64,000 bases of DNA. It comes from an uncultured Dehalococcoidia bacterium. GTDB lineage: Bacteria > Chloroflexota > Dehalococcoidia > Lucifugimonadales > CAJWER01. The first letter of the stretch is position 1. Each line of letters opens with the position of its first letter. Both the position numbers and the translations under genes were made by a program. The notes beneath the pieces were generated by a model. That model worked only from the letters and a program-made list of their open reading frames with translations, was not told where the DNA came from and searched no databases. Shown here in pieces: positions 45,804 through 55,862 of the stretch. The stretch covers positions 1,902,943 to 1,966,942 of the forward strand of contig OY282442.1 in assembly GCA_958296115.1 (NCBI GenBank), read 5' to 3'.

Positions 45804-45922
45804 CTAGCGCTGCTTCAATATAGTCTTGGCGTCCTGAATCACCCTCACCCTAGCCCTCTCCCATCAAGGGAGAGGGGATAAGGCGGGACTGCCTACGTCC
45901 ATAATTAAATGGACGGAGCGCT
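45804..45922. repeat. REP/MITE-like element (family 1), full-length copy with short terminal inverted repeat
   Basis: The sequence is TAGCGCTGCTTCAATATAGTCTTGGCGTCCTGAATCACCCTCACCCTAGCCCTCTCCCATCAAGGGAGAGGGGATAAGGCGGGACTGCCTACGTCC...GGACGGAGCGCTA. The ends TAGCGCT and AGCGCTA are inverted. Confidence 0.85.
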
Positions 45923-48170
45923 AGCTCATGGCGGCGAGGACTGCGGCGGGCGACATGGGGAGACGGTTCATGCGGACGCTTGCGGCGTTGTGGATGGCGT
46001 TGGCAATGGCGGCGGGCGGCGGGACGATGTTGGCCTCGCCTACTCCCCTGACTCCGAATGGGTGGAGGGCGCTGGGGGCCTCGACCACGACCGTTTCTAT
46101 CATGGGCACGTCGTAGGAAGTGGGCATCCTGTAATCGAGGAAGGATGCGTTGAGGAGGCGGCCGTCGTCGCTCATGAAGTACTCCTCGTTGAGCGCCCAG
46201 CCGATGCCCTGGGCGGAGCCGCCCTGTATCTGGCCCTCCACGTAGCTTGGATGGATGGCCTTGCCGGCGTCCTGGAATGCGGTGAATCGGAGAATATCCA
46301 CCTTGCCCGTTTCCGGATCGATCTCGACGTCCACGATGTTGGCGGAGTATGAGCCGTGCATCCCGCCTGGGTTGATGTTGGCCCGGCCGACGACGGGACC
46401 TCCCGTTTCGGGCAGCAGGGCCGCTATCTCCGTGAAGGTCATACTCAGCTCGGGGTCGGACCTATGCCGGAGCGCTCCGTCTACGTATTCGACGTCCTCC
46501 GGGGACGTCTCCCACAGCAGGGCGGCCCGCTCGATTAGCTGGCGCTTCACGTCGTTGGCGGCGTCGTGCGCGGCCCAGCCGGACTTGTAGGCGACGCCGC
46601 TGCCCCCGGTGTTGGACGTGTAGCCGATGGTGTCGGTGTCGGCGACCTGCGGGATAACGTCTTCGACGGACAGGCCGAGCACCTCCGCGAACTGCTGGCT
46701 GACCGCCGTGCGGCTCCCCCCGACGTCCACTGAGCCCTCGACCAGGCTGACCTTGCCATCGTCGAGCACGTTTGCGACGACGCACGCCATGCCGGAGTTG
46801 TTTCGGCAGAAGCCCATGGCGACGCCGCGCCCCCGCAGCTTGCCGTCCTGCGGCGCGTCCAACGGCGCTGCGTAGTGCGGGTGCTCGCGCACGGCCTCCA
46901 TGACCTCCTCTGCGCCTATGCGGACGTTCATCACGCCGTCCGCGCGCCGGGTTCCCTCCCGCGCGGCGTTGAGCAGGCGCAGCTCGACCGGGTCGATCTC
47001 CAGGCGCTCGGCGAGCTCGTCCACGACGCTCTCGACGGCGAACACTGCGACGGTCGCGCCAGGCGCGCGGTATGCGGAGGTCTTGGGCTTGTTGTCCACC
47101 ACGTCGAGGCCGTCTATCCGCACGTTCGCGATGTCGTATGGCGCGAACACCGCGGCCGCGGCCGCGGCGAGCGGCGCTCCGGGGTACGCTCCGGCCTCGT
47201 ATGCGTAGTGCGCTTGGGCGGCAGTGATTCGTCCCTCGCGGGTCGCGCCCATCTTCACCCGGACGTACCCCCCTGCGGCTGGCCCGGTCGCTTCCAGCAC
47301 CTCGGCGCGCGTCATCCACATCTTGACAGGGCGTCCGCTCTTGCGGGAGAGCGCGGCGGCGATCGGCTCCAGGTAGACGTTGAGCTTGCCGCCGAATCCG
47401 CCGCCGATCTCCATCGGGACGACCTTGACCTGAGACTCAGGCAGGCCGAGCGCTCGGGCGGTGTTGCCGCGGATGCCGAAGTGTCCTTGGCTGCTGCACC
47501 ATATCGTCAGCCGGCCGCCGGGCTCCCACCACGCGGTGGCGTTCTGAGGCTCGATGTAGCCCTGGTGTACGGTCTGCGTGCGGAATTCGCGCTCTACCAC
47601 CACGTCGGCGGACTCGAAGCCGGCGTCGGGGTCGCCATAGGTGTGCCGTTCGCGGCCTGCGACGTTGGGGGCGTCGGCCTCGTCCGCAGCCCAGCTCTCG
47701 TGCAGCCAGGGGGCGTCCGGCTTCATCGCGTCCTCGACGTTGGTTACTGCGGGGAGGGGCTCGTACTGCACGTCTATCAGCGACAAGGCCTCCTCGGCGA
47801 CGTGCGGGCTGGCGGCTGCGACGGCTGCGACGGGGTGGCCCTTGTAGAGGACCTTTCGGCTGGCGAGGATGTTGTCGGTCTGCGTGACGCCAAGCGCGAC
47901 CTCCTTGCCCACGCCGCCCGACGTAACCAGGTCCTGCGCCGTGGCCACGGCCCGGACGTCGGGGCGCGCCTCGGCCCGGCTCGTGTCTATGGACTTGATG
48001 ACCGCGTGTGGGTGCGGGCTCCTCAGTACCTTGCCATAGAGCATCCCGGGCAGATACACGTCTGAGCCGTAGCGCGCCTCGCCAGTAACCTTGGGTATCC
48101 CGTCGTGCCTGACGGGGCGAGCGCCAATGACCTTGTACTGCCCCGTAGGGACGCCAACTCCGGATGTCAT
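45921..48170 (-). CDS. molybdopterin-dependent hydroxylase large subunit (xanthine dehydrogenase/aldehyde oxidase/CoxL family)
   Basis: About 750 aa. It begins GARPVRHDGIPKVTGEARYGSD and contains GGGFGGK and later family blocks. The ATG at 48170 was chosen. Confidence 0.85.
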   Translation of the reverse strand: MTSGVGVPTGQYKVIGARPVRHDGIPKVTGEARYGSDVYLPGMLYGKVLRSPHPHAVIKSIDTSRAEARPDVRAVATAQDLVTSGGVGKEVALGVTQTDNILASRKVLYKGHPVAAVAAASPHVAEEALSLIDVQYEPLPAVTNVEDAMKPDAPWLHESWAADEADAPNVAGRERHTYGDPDAGFESADVVVEREFRTQTVHQGYIEPQNATAWWEPGGRLTIWCSSQGHFGIRGNTARALGLPESQVKVVPMEIGGGFGGKLNVYLEPIAAALSRKSGRPVKMWMTRAEVLEATGPAAGGYVRVKMGATREGRITAAQAHYAYEAGAYPGAPLAAAAAAVFAPYDIANVRIDGLDVVDNKPKTSAYRAPGATVAVFAVESVVDELAERLEIDPVELRLLNAAREGTRRADGVMNVRIGAEEVMEAVREHPHYAAPLDAPQDGKLRGRGVAMGFCRNNSGMACVVANVLDDGKVSLVEGSVDVGGSRTAVSQQFAEVLGLSVEDVIPQVADTDTIGYTSNTGGSGVAYKSGWAAHDAANDVKRQLIERAALLWETSPEDVEYVDGALRHRSDPELSMTFTEIAALLPETGGPVVGRANINPGGMHGSYSANIVDVEIDPETGKVDILRFTAFQDAGKAIHPSYVEGQIQGGSAQGIGWALNEEYFMSDDGRLLNASFLDYRMPTSYDVPMIETVVVEAPSALHPFGVRGVGEANIVPPPAAIANAIHNAASVRMNRLPMSPAAVLAAMS

Positions 48171-48214
48171 GTTCGCTCCCTGCCTATGCCGCATAGATGT
48201 TTTTGGACTGGCGG

Positions 48215-48333
48215 CTAGGACTGCTTCAATGTAGCTCTGGCATCCTAAATCACCCTCACCCTAACCCTCTCCCGTCAAGGGAGAGGGGATAAGGCGGGGC
48301 TACCCGTCATATCTGAATAGACGGAGTACTAGG
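48215..48333. repeat. REP/MITE-like element (family 1), full-length copy
   Basis: The sequence is CTAGGACTGCTTCAATGTAGCTCTGGCATCCTAAATCACCCTCACCCTAACCCTCTCCCGTCAAGGGAGAGGGGATAAGGCGGGGCTACCCGTCATATCTGAATAGACGGAGTACTAGG. Confidence 0.85.
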
Positions 48334-48374
48334 ATAGATTGCGGAAGCGGGCTAAGGCAAGCGCCGGCCGCAGG

Positions 48375-50270
48375 TTACTCCACGTCCCGGCGCGCGTGAG
48401 TCATCGCCCCGAATGGGTCATCGCCCTTGAGCAGGCTGTGCGCGTCCTCGTCGCCCTTCAGGTACCAGTCGAACCATATCCGCGCGTACCAGTCGCGGAT
48501 GACGTGCGGCATGTACGCCTCGGTCCCGTCTCCGAGCGCGGCCCAACCCAATGGGGTGTAGCTCTCTCCGGCCGCTCCCGGCGGGCCGAACATGGAGGAG
48601 GTGAGGGATGCCTGGCCCGTAGGCTTGCGGGGCAGCTGCTGCCCTGCGCCACGGCCGGCCCCCGAGTCGTCCACCAGTGTACCGTGGTTGACGTCCCTCA
48701 CTATCGCCAAAATGCGGTCCGAGACCGCCCGCCGCCATGCGCTGAGGGCGACCGGCTGCGGGTTCTCGATGCGGTCCGGCAGGGCGCGCTCGTCCTCTAG
48801 CGGGAACGCCGCGGCCGGGTCGCCCCCGGCCTGGGACACCGCTCCCTGGAACAGGCCCGAGAACACCCCCTGCACGAAGGCGTCCTCGTCGCCGACCATT
48901 ATCAGCACAGGCTTGCCGCTGCCGATGGGCAGCCCGTCTTCGGTCTCCCCCGCGCCGTATATCTCCTCGGGCGTCCAGGTGAACGGCGGGGCGTTGTTGA
49001 ATCCCATCGCCGCGCTCACTCCCGGCAGGTGGTTGACGGCCATCTGCGCCGTCATAGAGCCGAGCGAATGCCCGCCGACTCCCACGCGCTCGCCGTCGAT
49101 CCGCCCTTCGAGCAGCCCGCACAGGCCGCGGGCCGCGCTGGTGGCCCCCATGGATTCGAGCGAGGTCCGGCAGGCGTCAGGCGCCTCGCCCAGCATTCGC
49201 ATGGTATGCGTCAGCAGCCCCACGTCCGAAACGCGCTGGCGGAACAGGTTCCGCATCATCGTGGTGGCGCGTTCGATACCGCCGGGCGCGATCTTGGCAG
49301 TTGACGGGTTGATGCTCCCCTGCGCGTCGAATCCGGGCGCGTCTATGCCGAACATCAGCCGGTAGAAGCTGGGAATCACCTTGAACTCGCCCATTATCAT
49401 GCGGTACGCCTGCCCTACCTCTTCAGGCGTCGATTGCCTGGCGAACGGAGAGTCCTCGTCGTGGAACACCAGCGCCGGCGAGCCGTCCGATATGAAGGTC
49501 GGGGCCGCCACCACGTAGCCGTTCGACGCCAGGAACTCCGCGAACGAGCCCCACATTGCGTGGTTGCCGCCAAGCCCATGGGCGAGAATGATCAGCGGGA
49601 ATTTCCCATCGGCCGGGGGCGCGTCCAGCCACGCGCCTCGCGGCGCGGCCAGGATTCTATCGGAACCGGGCTGTGCGCCGCCGCCCATAAGCGCCGACAA
49701 CACGCCGCTGTCCTGGAAGAAGGAGTCCGCGTAGCTCGCCCGCTGTCCCTCGGCGGCTGGGAACGGCGAGCGCGGCCCGTCGAGCCTCCCTGCAGAGGTA
49801 TCCGGCGTTGCCGGGTACCACATCTGGAACACCACCGTCCGGGTCTGCCCTGAGGCTTCCACCCGGCGCAGCATCTCCCTGTACCGGGGGCTGGCGTAGG
49901 CGCTATTCCAGGGGTCGAACCGCTGGCGGTTGTCCACCGCGAATCCGGTGGCCGTGCCCACGGCATAGTCGCCGTAGGCGGTCTCGGCAGGCAGCGAATC
50001 CAATGGCTCTACGGGAGGCTCAGTCATCGCTGACGTTGCGACGGCCATCGGAGCCGGCTGCCTTGCTGCGGAAGTCGGCGCTGGCATGGCCGCGGGCGTT
50101 GCCGTCGGTTCCTGTGGCTGCGCCGGCATGGCTGCGGGCGTTGCCGTCGGTTCCTGCGGCTGCGCCGGCGGGGCAGTGGCTGTCGGAGCCGATTCCTGCG
50201 TGTTCGAGCAGGCGATGGCGACAGCCGCCGCCAGTATCGCGGCGACTAGGGCGATTCTCATCTTGTTCAA
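48375..50270 (-). CDS. secreted alpha/beta-hydrolase lipoprotein (PAF-acetylhydrolase/dienelactone-hydrolase-like)
   Basis: It has a lipobox (AVAIAC), a Pro/Thr/Ala linker, and the nucleophile elbow VGGHSLGS. Confidence 0.7.
   Translation of the reverse strand: MNKMRIALVAAILAAAVAIACSNTQESAPTATAPPAQPQEPTATPAAMPAQPQEPTATPAAMPAPTSAARQPAPMAVATSAMTEPPVEPLDSLPAETAYGDYAVGTATGFAVDNRQRFDPWNSAYASPRYREMLRRVEASGQTRTVVFQMWYPATPDTSAGRLDGPRSPFPAAEGQRASYADSFFQDSGVLSALMGGGAQPGSDRILAAPRGAWLDAPPADGKFPLIILAHGLGGNHAMWGSFAEFLASNGYVVAAPTFISDGSPALVFHDEDSPFARQSTPEEVGQAYRMIMGEFKVIPSFYRLMFGIDAPGFDAQGSINPSTAKIAPGGIERATTMMRNLFRQRVSDVGLLTHTMRMLGEAPDACRTSLESMGATSAARGLCGLLEGRIDGERVGVGGHSLGSMTAQMAVNHLPGVSAAMGFNNAPPFTWTPEEIYGAGETEDGLPIGSGKPVLIMVGDEDAFVQGVFSGLFQGAVSQAGGDPAAAFPLEDERALPDRIENPQPVALSAWRRAVSDRILAIVRDVNHGTLVDDSGAGRGAGQQLPRKPTGQASLTSSMFGPPGAAGESYTPLGWAALGDGTEAYMPHVIRDWYARIWFDWYLKGDEDAHSLLKGDDPFGAMTHARRDVE
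50083..50166. repeat. perfect-frame 42-nt tandem duplication inside the hydrolase linker
   Basis: The unit GGCATGGC(C/T)GCGGGCGTTGCCGTCGGTTCCTG(T/C)GGCTGCGCC occurs twice. It encodes AQPQEPTATPAAMP twice on the minus strand. Confidence 0.8.
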
Positions 50271-50464
50271 TACGATTCTCCTCGTATGGGTCTTGTTCCG
50301 CGCGTTCCGCGCGCGCGGAACCTTTGTAGGCTAATGGAGAGGCGTCCTCCGCAAGCCAATCACTATCAGTCCTCACTTGGCGCCAATCCCTCTACACGCC
50401 TCGTTGCCGTGATGCTAGAATGGTAATGGCTCGCCGAGCGTTCCTCAATTGTTATAACGTAGGG

Positions 50465-51511
50465 ATGATGGCTGAGGATAGCAACAATATAGGTTCATCG
50501 GTCAGTGCCGAGCCGGACATCGCTCCGGATCGCGATCTGACCATCCAGGTCGAAGGCGTCACCAAGCAGTTCGGCCCCAACGTCGCCGTCAACGATGTGT
50601 CGTTCGACGTCAAGAAGGGGGAGGTGGTCGGCTTCCTGGGCCCGAACGGCTCTGGCAAGACGACCACCATGCGCCTCATCACGTCATTCTACACCCCCGA
50701 CCGGGGCCGAATCGTGATAGAGGGCCTCGACAATCAGGAGCGCGACGTCGAGACCCGCAGGATGATTGGGTACCTGCCGGAGAACAACCCCGTGTACGGC
50801 GACCTGCTCGTGTACGAGTACCTCCAGTTCGTCGCCAACCTGCGCGGGCTGACCGGGCCGTCCAAGCGCGAGAGCATCGCCGGGTCGGTCGAAGAGACGG
50901 GCATCCAGGAGGTGTACAACCGGCCGATAAACCAGTGCTCGAAGGGCTACAGGCAGCGCGTCGGACTGGCAGGCTGCATCCTTCACAGGCCGGACATCCT
51001 CATAATGGACGAGCCTACGGAGGGACTCGACCCCAACCAGCGCATCCCCATCAGGGAGCTCATCAGGACCATGGGGCAGCAGCGAACGGTGATGCTCAGC
51101 ACCCACGTCCTGCAGGAGGTCGAGGAGACCTGCGACCGCCTGCTCATCATCAGCAGGGGCCGCATCGTCGCCCAGGGCACGGTTGACGAGCTCACGACGC
51201 AGGCCCACGGCGAGCGCCGAATCGAGCTGGAGGCGCAGGGCAGCAACGTGGAACCCGCGCTGGCCGAGATACGCGAGATACGCTCCGTCCGCCGACTGGC
51301 GCCCGTTGGCGGGCGCCAGAAGTTCGTACTTTCCGTCCAGCCGGGCGAGGAGCATGACGTCCGCCCCCAGGTCTATAACCTCGCCAAGAAGCGCGGATGG
51401 GTGATATGGGAGCTGCACCAGGAGGCCGCGCGCCTCGGCGACCTATTCCACCAGCTCACTCACGAGGACCAGGGCCCGAGCGCCGAGACTGAGGGCGGCG
51501 AGACATCATGA
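50465..51511 (+). CDS. ABC transporter ATP-binding protein (ABC-2/GldA-like)
   Basis: It has Walker A GPNGSGKTT, the signature CSKGYRQR, and Walker B ILIMDEPTEGLD. Confidence 0.9.
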   Translation: MMAEDSNNIGSSVSAEPDIAPDRDLTIQVEGVTKQFGPNVAVNDVSFDVKKGEVVGFLGPNGSGKTTTMRLITSFYTPDRGRIVIEGLDNQERDVETRRMIGYLPENNPVYGDLLVYEYLQFVANLRGLTGPSKRESIAGSVEETGIQEVYNRPINQCSKGYRQRVGLAGCILHRPDILIMDEPTEGLDPNQRIPIRELIRTMGQQRTVMLSTHVLQEVEETCDRLLIISRGRIVAQGTVDELTTQAHGERRIELEAQGSNVEPALAEIREIRSVRRLAPVGGRQKFVLSVQPGEEHDVRPQVYNLAKKRGWVIWELHQEAARLGDLFHQLTHEDQGPSAETEGGETS

Positions 51512-53784
51512 GGACCTTCACCGCGCTGGTCCGCAAGGACCTCAAAGGCTACTTCGACCAGCCCACCGGGTTCATCCTGCTCGTGATATTCATGAGCGTC
51601 GCGTCGTACATGTACTTCCGGACGGCGCTCATCACCCAGGAAGCCTCGATGCGCCCGCTCTTCACGCTCCTGCCGTGGATACTCGCCGTGTTCGTGCCAG
51701 CCGCCACGATGCGGCTCGTCGCCGAGGAGCAGCGCGACGGCACCCTGGAGATACTGCTCACGCAGCCCATCAGGACGTGGACGGTCCTTCTGTCCAAGTT
51801 CCTCGCGGGGCTGCTGTTCGTCGGCGCGGGAATCGCCGCCACGATAGCCATTCCGCTGTCGCTCCAGACGGCGGGGGATTTCGACGATGGAGCCGTCGCC
51901 GCCCAATACATAGGCACGGCGTTCCTGACCGCCTCGTTCGTGTCCATCGGCCTGTTCACGTCGAGCCTGACGCGCAACCAGATAGTCGCCTTCGTGCTGG
52001 GACTTTCGATAATCGCCGCCCTCATGGTCGCCGGGATGCCGATAATCACGCTTGCCATACCTCCCGCCGCCGCGGTGCTGGTCCAGGACCTCAGCCCGCT
52101 CACCCACTTCGAGGGCATAGCCCGCGGCGTGCTCGACCTCAGGGACGTCGTGTACTTCGCCGCCCTTGTTTCCACCTTCCTGAGCGCCACCTACCTCATG
52201 ATCAGGGGCAAGAGCGTAAGCCGCCGCTCCGCGCTCTACCGCAACCTCCAGCTGGGCGTAGGCGGCCTCGTGGTCGTGAGCGTCCTGGTAGGCTGGTCCG
52301 GCAGCTCCATAGGCGGCAGGCTCGACCTGACTGAGAACAGGCTCTTCACGCTCGACGACGCCACGGTCGAGCTCCTGCGCGAGCTGGACGACATCGTCAC
52401 CGTGAAGCTCTTCGTGTCCGAAGATCCGCCCGTCCAGGTCGCGCTGACGCAGCGGGACGTCGAAGACCTGCTGGAGGACATCGTCAACGTCTCGGACGGC
52501 AACGTGAAGCTGGTCAGGTACCTGGCCGACCAGAGCGAAGAGAATGCGGAAGAGGCCCGTCGCAGCTTCGTGCCGCCTATCAACTTCAGCGAGCAGACTG
52601 GCGGCGAGTTCAAGGTCAAGGTCGGCTACCTGGGCGTGGGCATGACCTACGCGAACCGCCAGGAAAACGTCCCGTTCGTCGAGACAACCGACGGACTGGA
52701 GTACCGCCTCATGGCGAACGTGCGGCGCATGTCCCAGAAGCGCCCCAGTACCATCTCGTTCATGCACGGACACGGCGAGTGGATGCGTGACGCCGACCTC
52801 CAGTCGTTCCGGGACCAGCTGGAGCGCCATCACCTGGCGCTGGAGATAGACGCCGACCGCGAGGATGGCTTGATTCAAGGCTCGGCAGACCCGTTCACGG
52901 GTACGGACGTGCTGGTCGTGGCCGGCTCCAAGGAAGAGGTGCCGCCCTGGGTGCTCGCGTCCATAGACGAGTATCTGGCCGAGGGCGGGAAAGTCCTGAT
53001 GCTGGTCGATTCCCTGGAGGTGGACGACCGGGCGCTGCGGGCCAAGAAGGCCAACACTGGGCTGACCGGATGGCTCGCCGAATACGGCGTCCTCGTCCAG
53101 GACGACGTGGTATTCGACACGCGCTCCCACGAGACGCTGGAGTTCAACACCCGGTTCGGCAGCGTCAACCTCAACTATCCGTACTGGCCCCGCGTCCGCA
53201 CGGAGGAGCAGGGCATATCCGGCGGCGTCAGCAGCGTCGTATTTCCCTGGACCAGCTCCATCGAGATAGGCGAGGCCACAGGCGAAACCATCGAGACCGA
53301 GATAAAACCCCTCGTGGTAACGTCCGAGTACGCGGCTCTGGACACGTCCTTCAGGGACCTGACGCCCCGCTCGCCGACCCTCGAGCAGTACGCAGAGGAA
53401 GACTTGGGTCAAAGGACCCTGGCCGTAGCGGTTACTGGCACGCGCTGCTCGTTCTACAAGCCCCAGTGCCAGAAGAACCCCGAAGACACCTTCCGCATGA
53501 TAGTCGCCGCAGACTCCCTCTGGCTTACCGAGCGCATGACGGAGGGCTTCCCGGAGCACCTTGCTCTCGCCGTCAACTGGATAGACTGGCTGGGCCAGGA
53601 AGACCAGCTGGCCGCCATCCGCTCCAAGGGCACAGTCATCCGCTCGTTGGTCTTCACCTCCGATCTCCACCGCGACATAGTGCAGTACGGCAACATATTC
53701 GGGGTGTCCGCGCTCCTGATAATCTTCGGGCTGGCGCGCTTCCTCATGCGCCGCCGGACTACCAGGAAGGTGTACACGGGTTGA
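51508..53784 (+). CDS. ABC-2 permease fused to GldG-like extracytoplasmic domain
   Basis: An N-terminal 6-TM ABC-2 module is followed by about 500 aa of GldG-like domain and a C-terminal TM helix. Its start overlaps the ATPase stop. Confidence 0.75.
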   Translation: MRTFTALVRKDLKGYFDQPTGFILLVIFMSVASYMYFRTALITQEASMRPLFTLLPWILAVFVPAATMRLVAEEQRDGTLEILLTQPIRTWTVLLSKFLAGLLFVGAGIAATIAIPLSLQTAGDFDDGAVAAQYIGTAFLTASFVSIGLFTSSLTRNQIVAFVLGLSIIAALMVAGMPIITLAIPPAAAVLVQDLSPLTHFEGIARGVLDLRDVVYFAALVSTFLSATYLMIRGKSVSRRSALYRNLQLGVGGLVVVSVLVGWSGSSIGGRLDLTENRLFTLDDATVELLRELDDIVTVKLFVSEDPPVQVALTQRDVEDLLEDIVNVSDGNVKLVRYLADQSEENAEEARRSFVPPINFSEQTGGEFKVKVGYLGVGMTYANRQENVPFVETTDGLEYRLMANVRRMSQKRPSTISFMHGHGEWMRDADLQSFRDQLERHHLALEIDADREDGLIQGSADPFTGTDVLVVAGSKEEVPPWVLASIDEYLAEGGKVLMLVDSLEVDDRALRAKKANTGLTGWLAEYGVLVQDDVVFDTRSHETLEFNTRFGSVNLNYPYWPRVRTEEQGISGGVSSVVFPWTSSIEIGEATGETIETEIKPLVVTSEYAALDTSFRDLTPRSPTLEQYAEEDLGQRTLAVAVTGTRCSFYKPQCQKNPEDTFRMIVAADSLWLTERMTEGFPEHLALAVNWIDWLGQEDQLAAIRSKGTVIRSLVFTSDLHRDIVQYGNIFGVSALLIIFGLARFLMRRRTTRKVYTG

Positions 53785-54791
53785 GCGGCAAGTACGTCGG
53801 CTTCGTCCTCGCAGCCATCATCGCGCTCGGCATCGCGGGAATCGCCTTCAGGCTCCTCTCGACCGAGGGCGAGGGCATACGGCGCCTCGGCGGCGTCAGC
53901 CCCCTGGCCCCAGAGGTCATAGACCGCGTGGTAATGCGCGACGCGGAGCGGCAGACGGTGGTGACGAAGAGGGACGGCGGCTGGTGGGTGGACGCCTACC
54001 CGGCGATAGGGGTGAGGCTGGAGGCGCTATGGGAGACCGCTGGGAGAATCAACGACGCGGAGCTCGTCGCCACGAACTCTACAAACCACGACCTGATGGG
54101 CGTGCATCCCGACAACCATACGGTTCTGGAGTTCTGGAACGAGGGCGAGCTGGTCGAGCGGTTCATAGTGGGCGACAAGCAGTTTGCCCCCGTGGGCGAG
54201 CGCGTCATTACGCCTTGGACCGCCACGGTGAGGTTGTGCTACCTGAGGAGGCCGGACGAGGTCGAGGTGTATTCGATATTCTGCGAGTTCCCGGAGCCGT
54301 TCGGAACCGACGCCAACTTCTGGAAGGACCCTATCGTCGCAGCGGTGCCGCCAGACGAAATCGAATCCGTAACCTTCAACTACGCCGACGAGTCCTTCGC
54401 CATCAGGCTGATCGACTCCGCTTGGTTCATCGAAGACGACCAAGGAACCGAGCTCGCCAGCATCGAAGCCGTGACCAACCTGCTCGTCGAGCTGCGCCAG
54501 GTAGTAACGCGCGACTTCCCATCCGAAGACGAGGCCGCCGCGCTGAATTGGGACGAGCCGCACGCGGTCATGGCGGTGGGAGTCCGCGAAGGATCGAGCG
54601 CGAGCGGCGTCCTGCTCCTGTTCCTGCAGAAGGGCAGAGACCCGGAGTTCTACGTCAGGGATTCCCAGAAGCCATGGCCGTACTTCCTCGATGAAGAGGC
54701 GACCGGCTACATCCTGAAGACCCGCCAGGACTTCGTGGTAGTTCCCACCCCCGCGCCCACGCCATTCCCCACGCCAAGGCCGGGCACGTAG
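53781..54791 (+). CDS. DUF4340-like protein (N-terminal TM anchor)
   Basis: The TTG at 53781 overlaps the upstream stop (TTGA). An anchor VGFVLAAIIALGIAGIAF is present. This is the usual third gene after GldA/GldFG-like pairs. Confidence 0.6.
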   Translation: MSGKYVGFVLAAIIALGIAGIAFRLLSTEGEGIRRLGGVSPLAPEVIDRVVMRDAERQTVVTKRDGGWWVDAYPAIGVRLEALWETAGRINDAELVATNSTNHDLMGVHPDNHTVLEFWNEGELVERFIVGDKQFAPVGERVITPWTATVRLCYLRRPDEVEVYSIFCEFPEPFGTDANFWKDPIVAAVPPDEIESVTFNYADESFAIRLIDSAWFIEDDQGTELASIEAVTNLLVELRQVVTRDFPSEDEAAALNWDEPHAVMAVGVREGSSASGVLLLFLQKGRDPEFYVRDSQKPWPYFLDEEATGYILKTRQDFVVVPTPAPTPFPTPRPGT

Positions 54792-54802
54792 GAGCGCGGC
54801 CA

Positions 54803-55771
54803 GTGTCCCGCCGTTCAACGCTCGCCCTCTTCATCCTAGCCCTGTCGCTCGCTGCGTCCCTGGCCTGCGGCTCCTCCACGCCCGCCGCCGCCCCGACGCC
54901 AACCGCCGACAACTCCTCCATGTCCCGTATCGCCTTCGTCTCCAAGCGCGACGGCAACTGGGAAATCTACGTCATGAACGCCGACGGCTCCGACCAGCGC
55001 AACGTCACCAACAACCCGTCGTTCGACAGCCATCCGTCCTGGGCGGAGGACGGCTCCCGCATCGTCTTCTTCTCGGACCGAGACGGCGACCGCGAGATCT
55101 ACGCCATGGACCCCGACGGCTCCAACGTCATCCAGCTCACCGACAACGCCGGCATAGACCACATGCCAGCGCTCTCACCAGATGGCTCCAGGATAGCCTT
55201 CGTATCCGACAGGGACGACCGGTCGAACCTCTGGGTCATGAACGCCGACGGCTCCGAGCCGCGGAACCTCACCCCGAAGCAGGTCAACACCCGCTGGCCT
55301 TCATGGTCGCCGGACGGACGGCTCATAGCCTACGAGCACAACTCGGCCATCTACGCCGTAGGCGCGGAGGACGGCGTTCAGGACAGGCTGGTACGCAACC
55401 GGACGGACATAGACGGCTACTTCGTGGGCTGGCCCAGCTGGGCCCCAGACGGCCACAGGATAGCGCTCACCATACGCTATGGCCTGCGCGGCTCCCCGCC
55501 AAGCATCTACACCATGGCCTCCGACGGCGAGGACATCCAGCCCCTCCAGCGCAAGCCCGACGAACGAACCGAAGAGCGCCCCAGTTACTCGCCGGACGGC
55601 CGGTTCCTGGCCTATTCGTCTTTCGAGGCAGGCGCCGAACCCGACATCTACGTAGTGGAAATCGAGACCAACAACCGAACCCGCCTGACTGCCAACCCAG
55701 CCCTGGACGCCTTCCCGGCATGGGAACCCCGCGGCTTCGCGCCGGCGTATCCGGATCAGCCGGCGGAGTAG
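54803..55771 (+). CDS. TolB-like PD40/WD40-like beta-propeller lipoprotein
   Basis: It has a lipobox (ASLACG). Repeats of the form DGSRIVFFSDRDGDREIYAMDPDGSNVIQLT recur. Confidence 0.8.
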   Translation: MSRRSTLALFILALSLAASLACGSSTPAAAPTPTADNSSMSRIAFVSKRDGNWEIYVMNADGSDQRNVTNNPSFDSHPSWAEDGSRIVFFSDRDGDREIYAMDPDGSNVIQLTDNAGIDHMPALSPDGSRIAFVSDRDDRSNLWVMNADGSEPRNLTPKQVNTRWPSWSPDGRLIAYEHNSAIYAVGAEDGVQDRLVRNRTDIDGYFVGWPSWAPDGHRIALTIRYGLRGSPPSIYTMASDGEDIQPLQRKPDERTEERPSYSPDGRFLAYSSFEAGAEPDIYVVEIETNNRTRLTANPALDAFPAWEPRGFAPAYPDQPAE

Positions 55772-55862
55772 AGCGCTGGTTCGATGTAGTATTGGCATCC
55801 TGAATCACCCTAACCCTCTCCCTTGACGGGAGAGGGGATGATGCGGGACTGCCTATCCGTCC
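55769..55862. repeat. REP/MITE-like element (family 1)
   Basis: The sequence is TAGAGCGCTGGTTCGATGTAGTATTGGCATCCTGAATCACCCTAACCCTCTCCCTTGACGGGAGAGGGGATGATGCGGGACTGCCTATCCGTCC. Confidence 0.85.
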
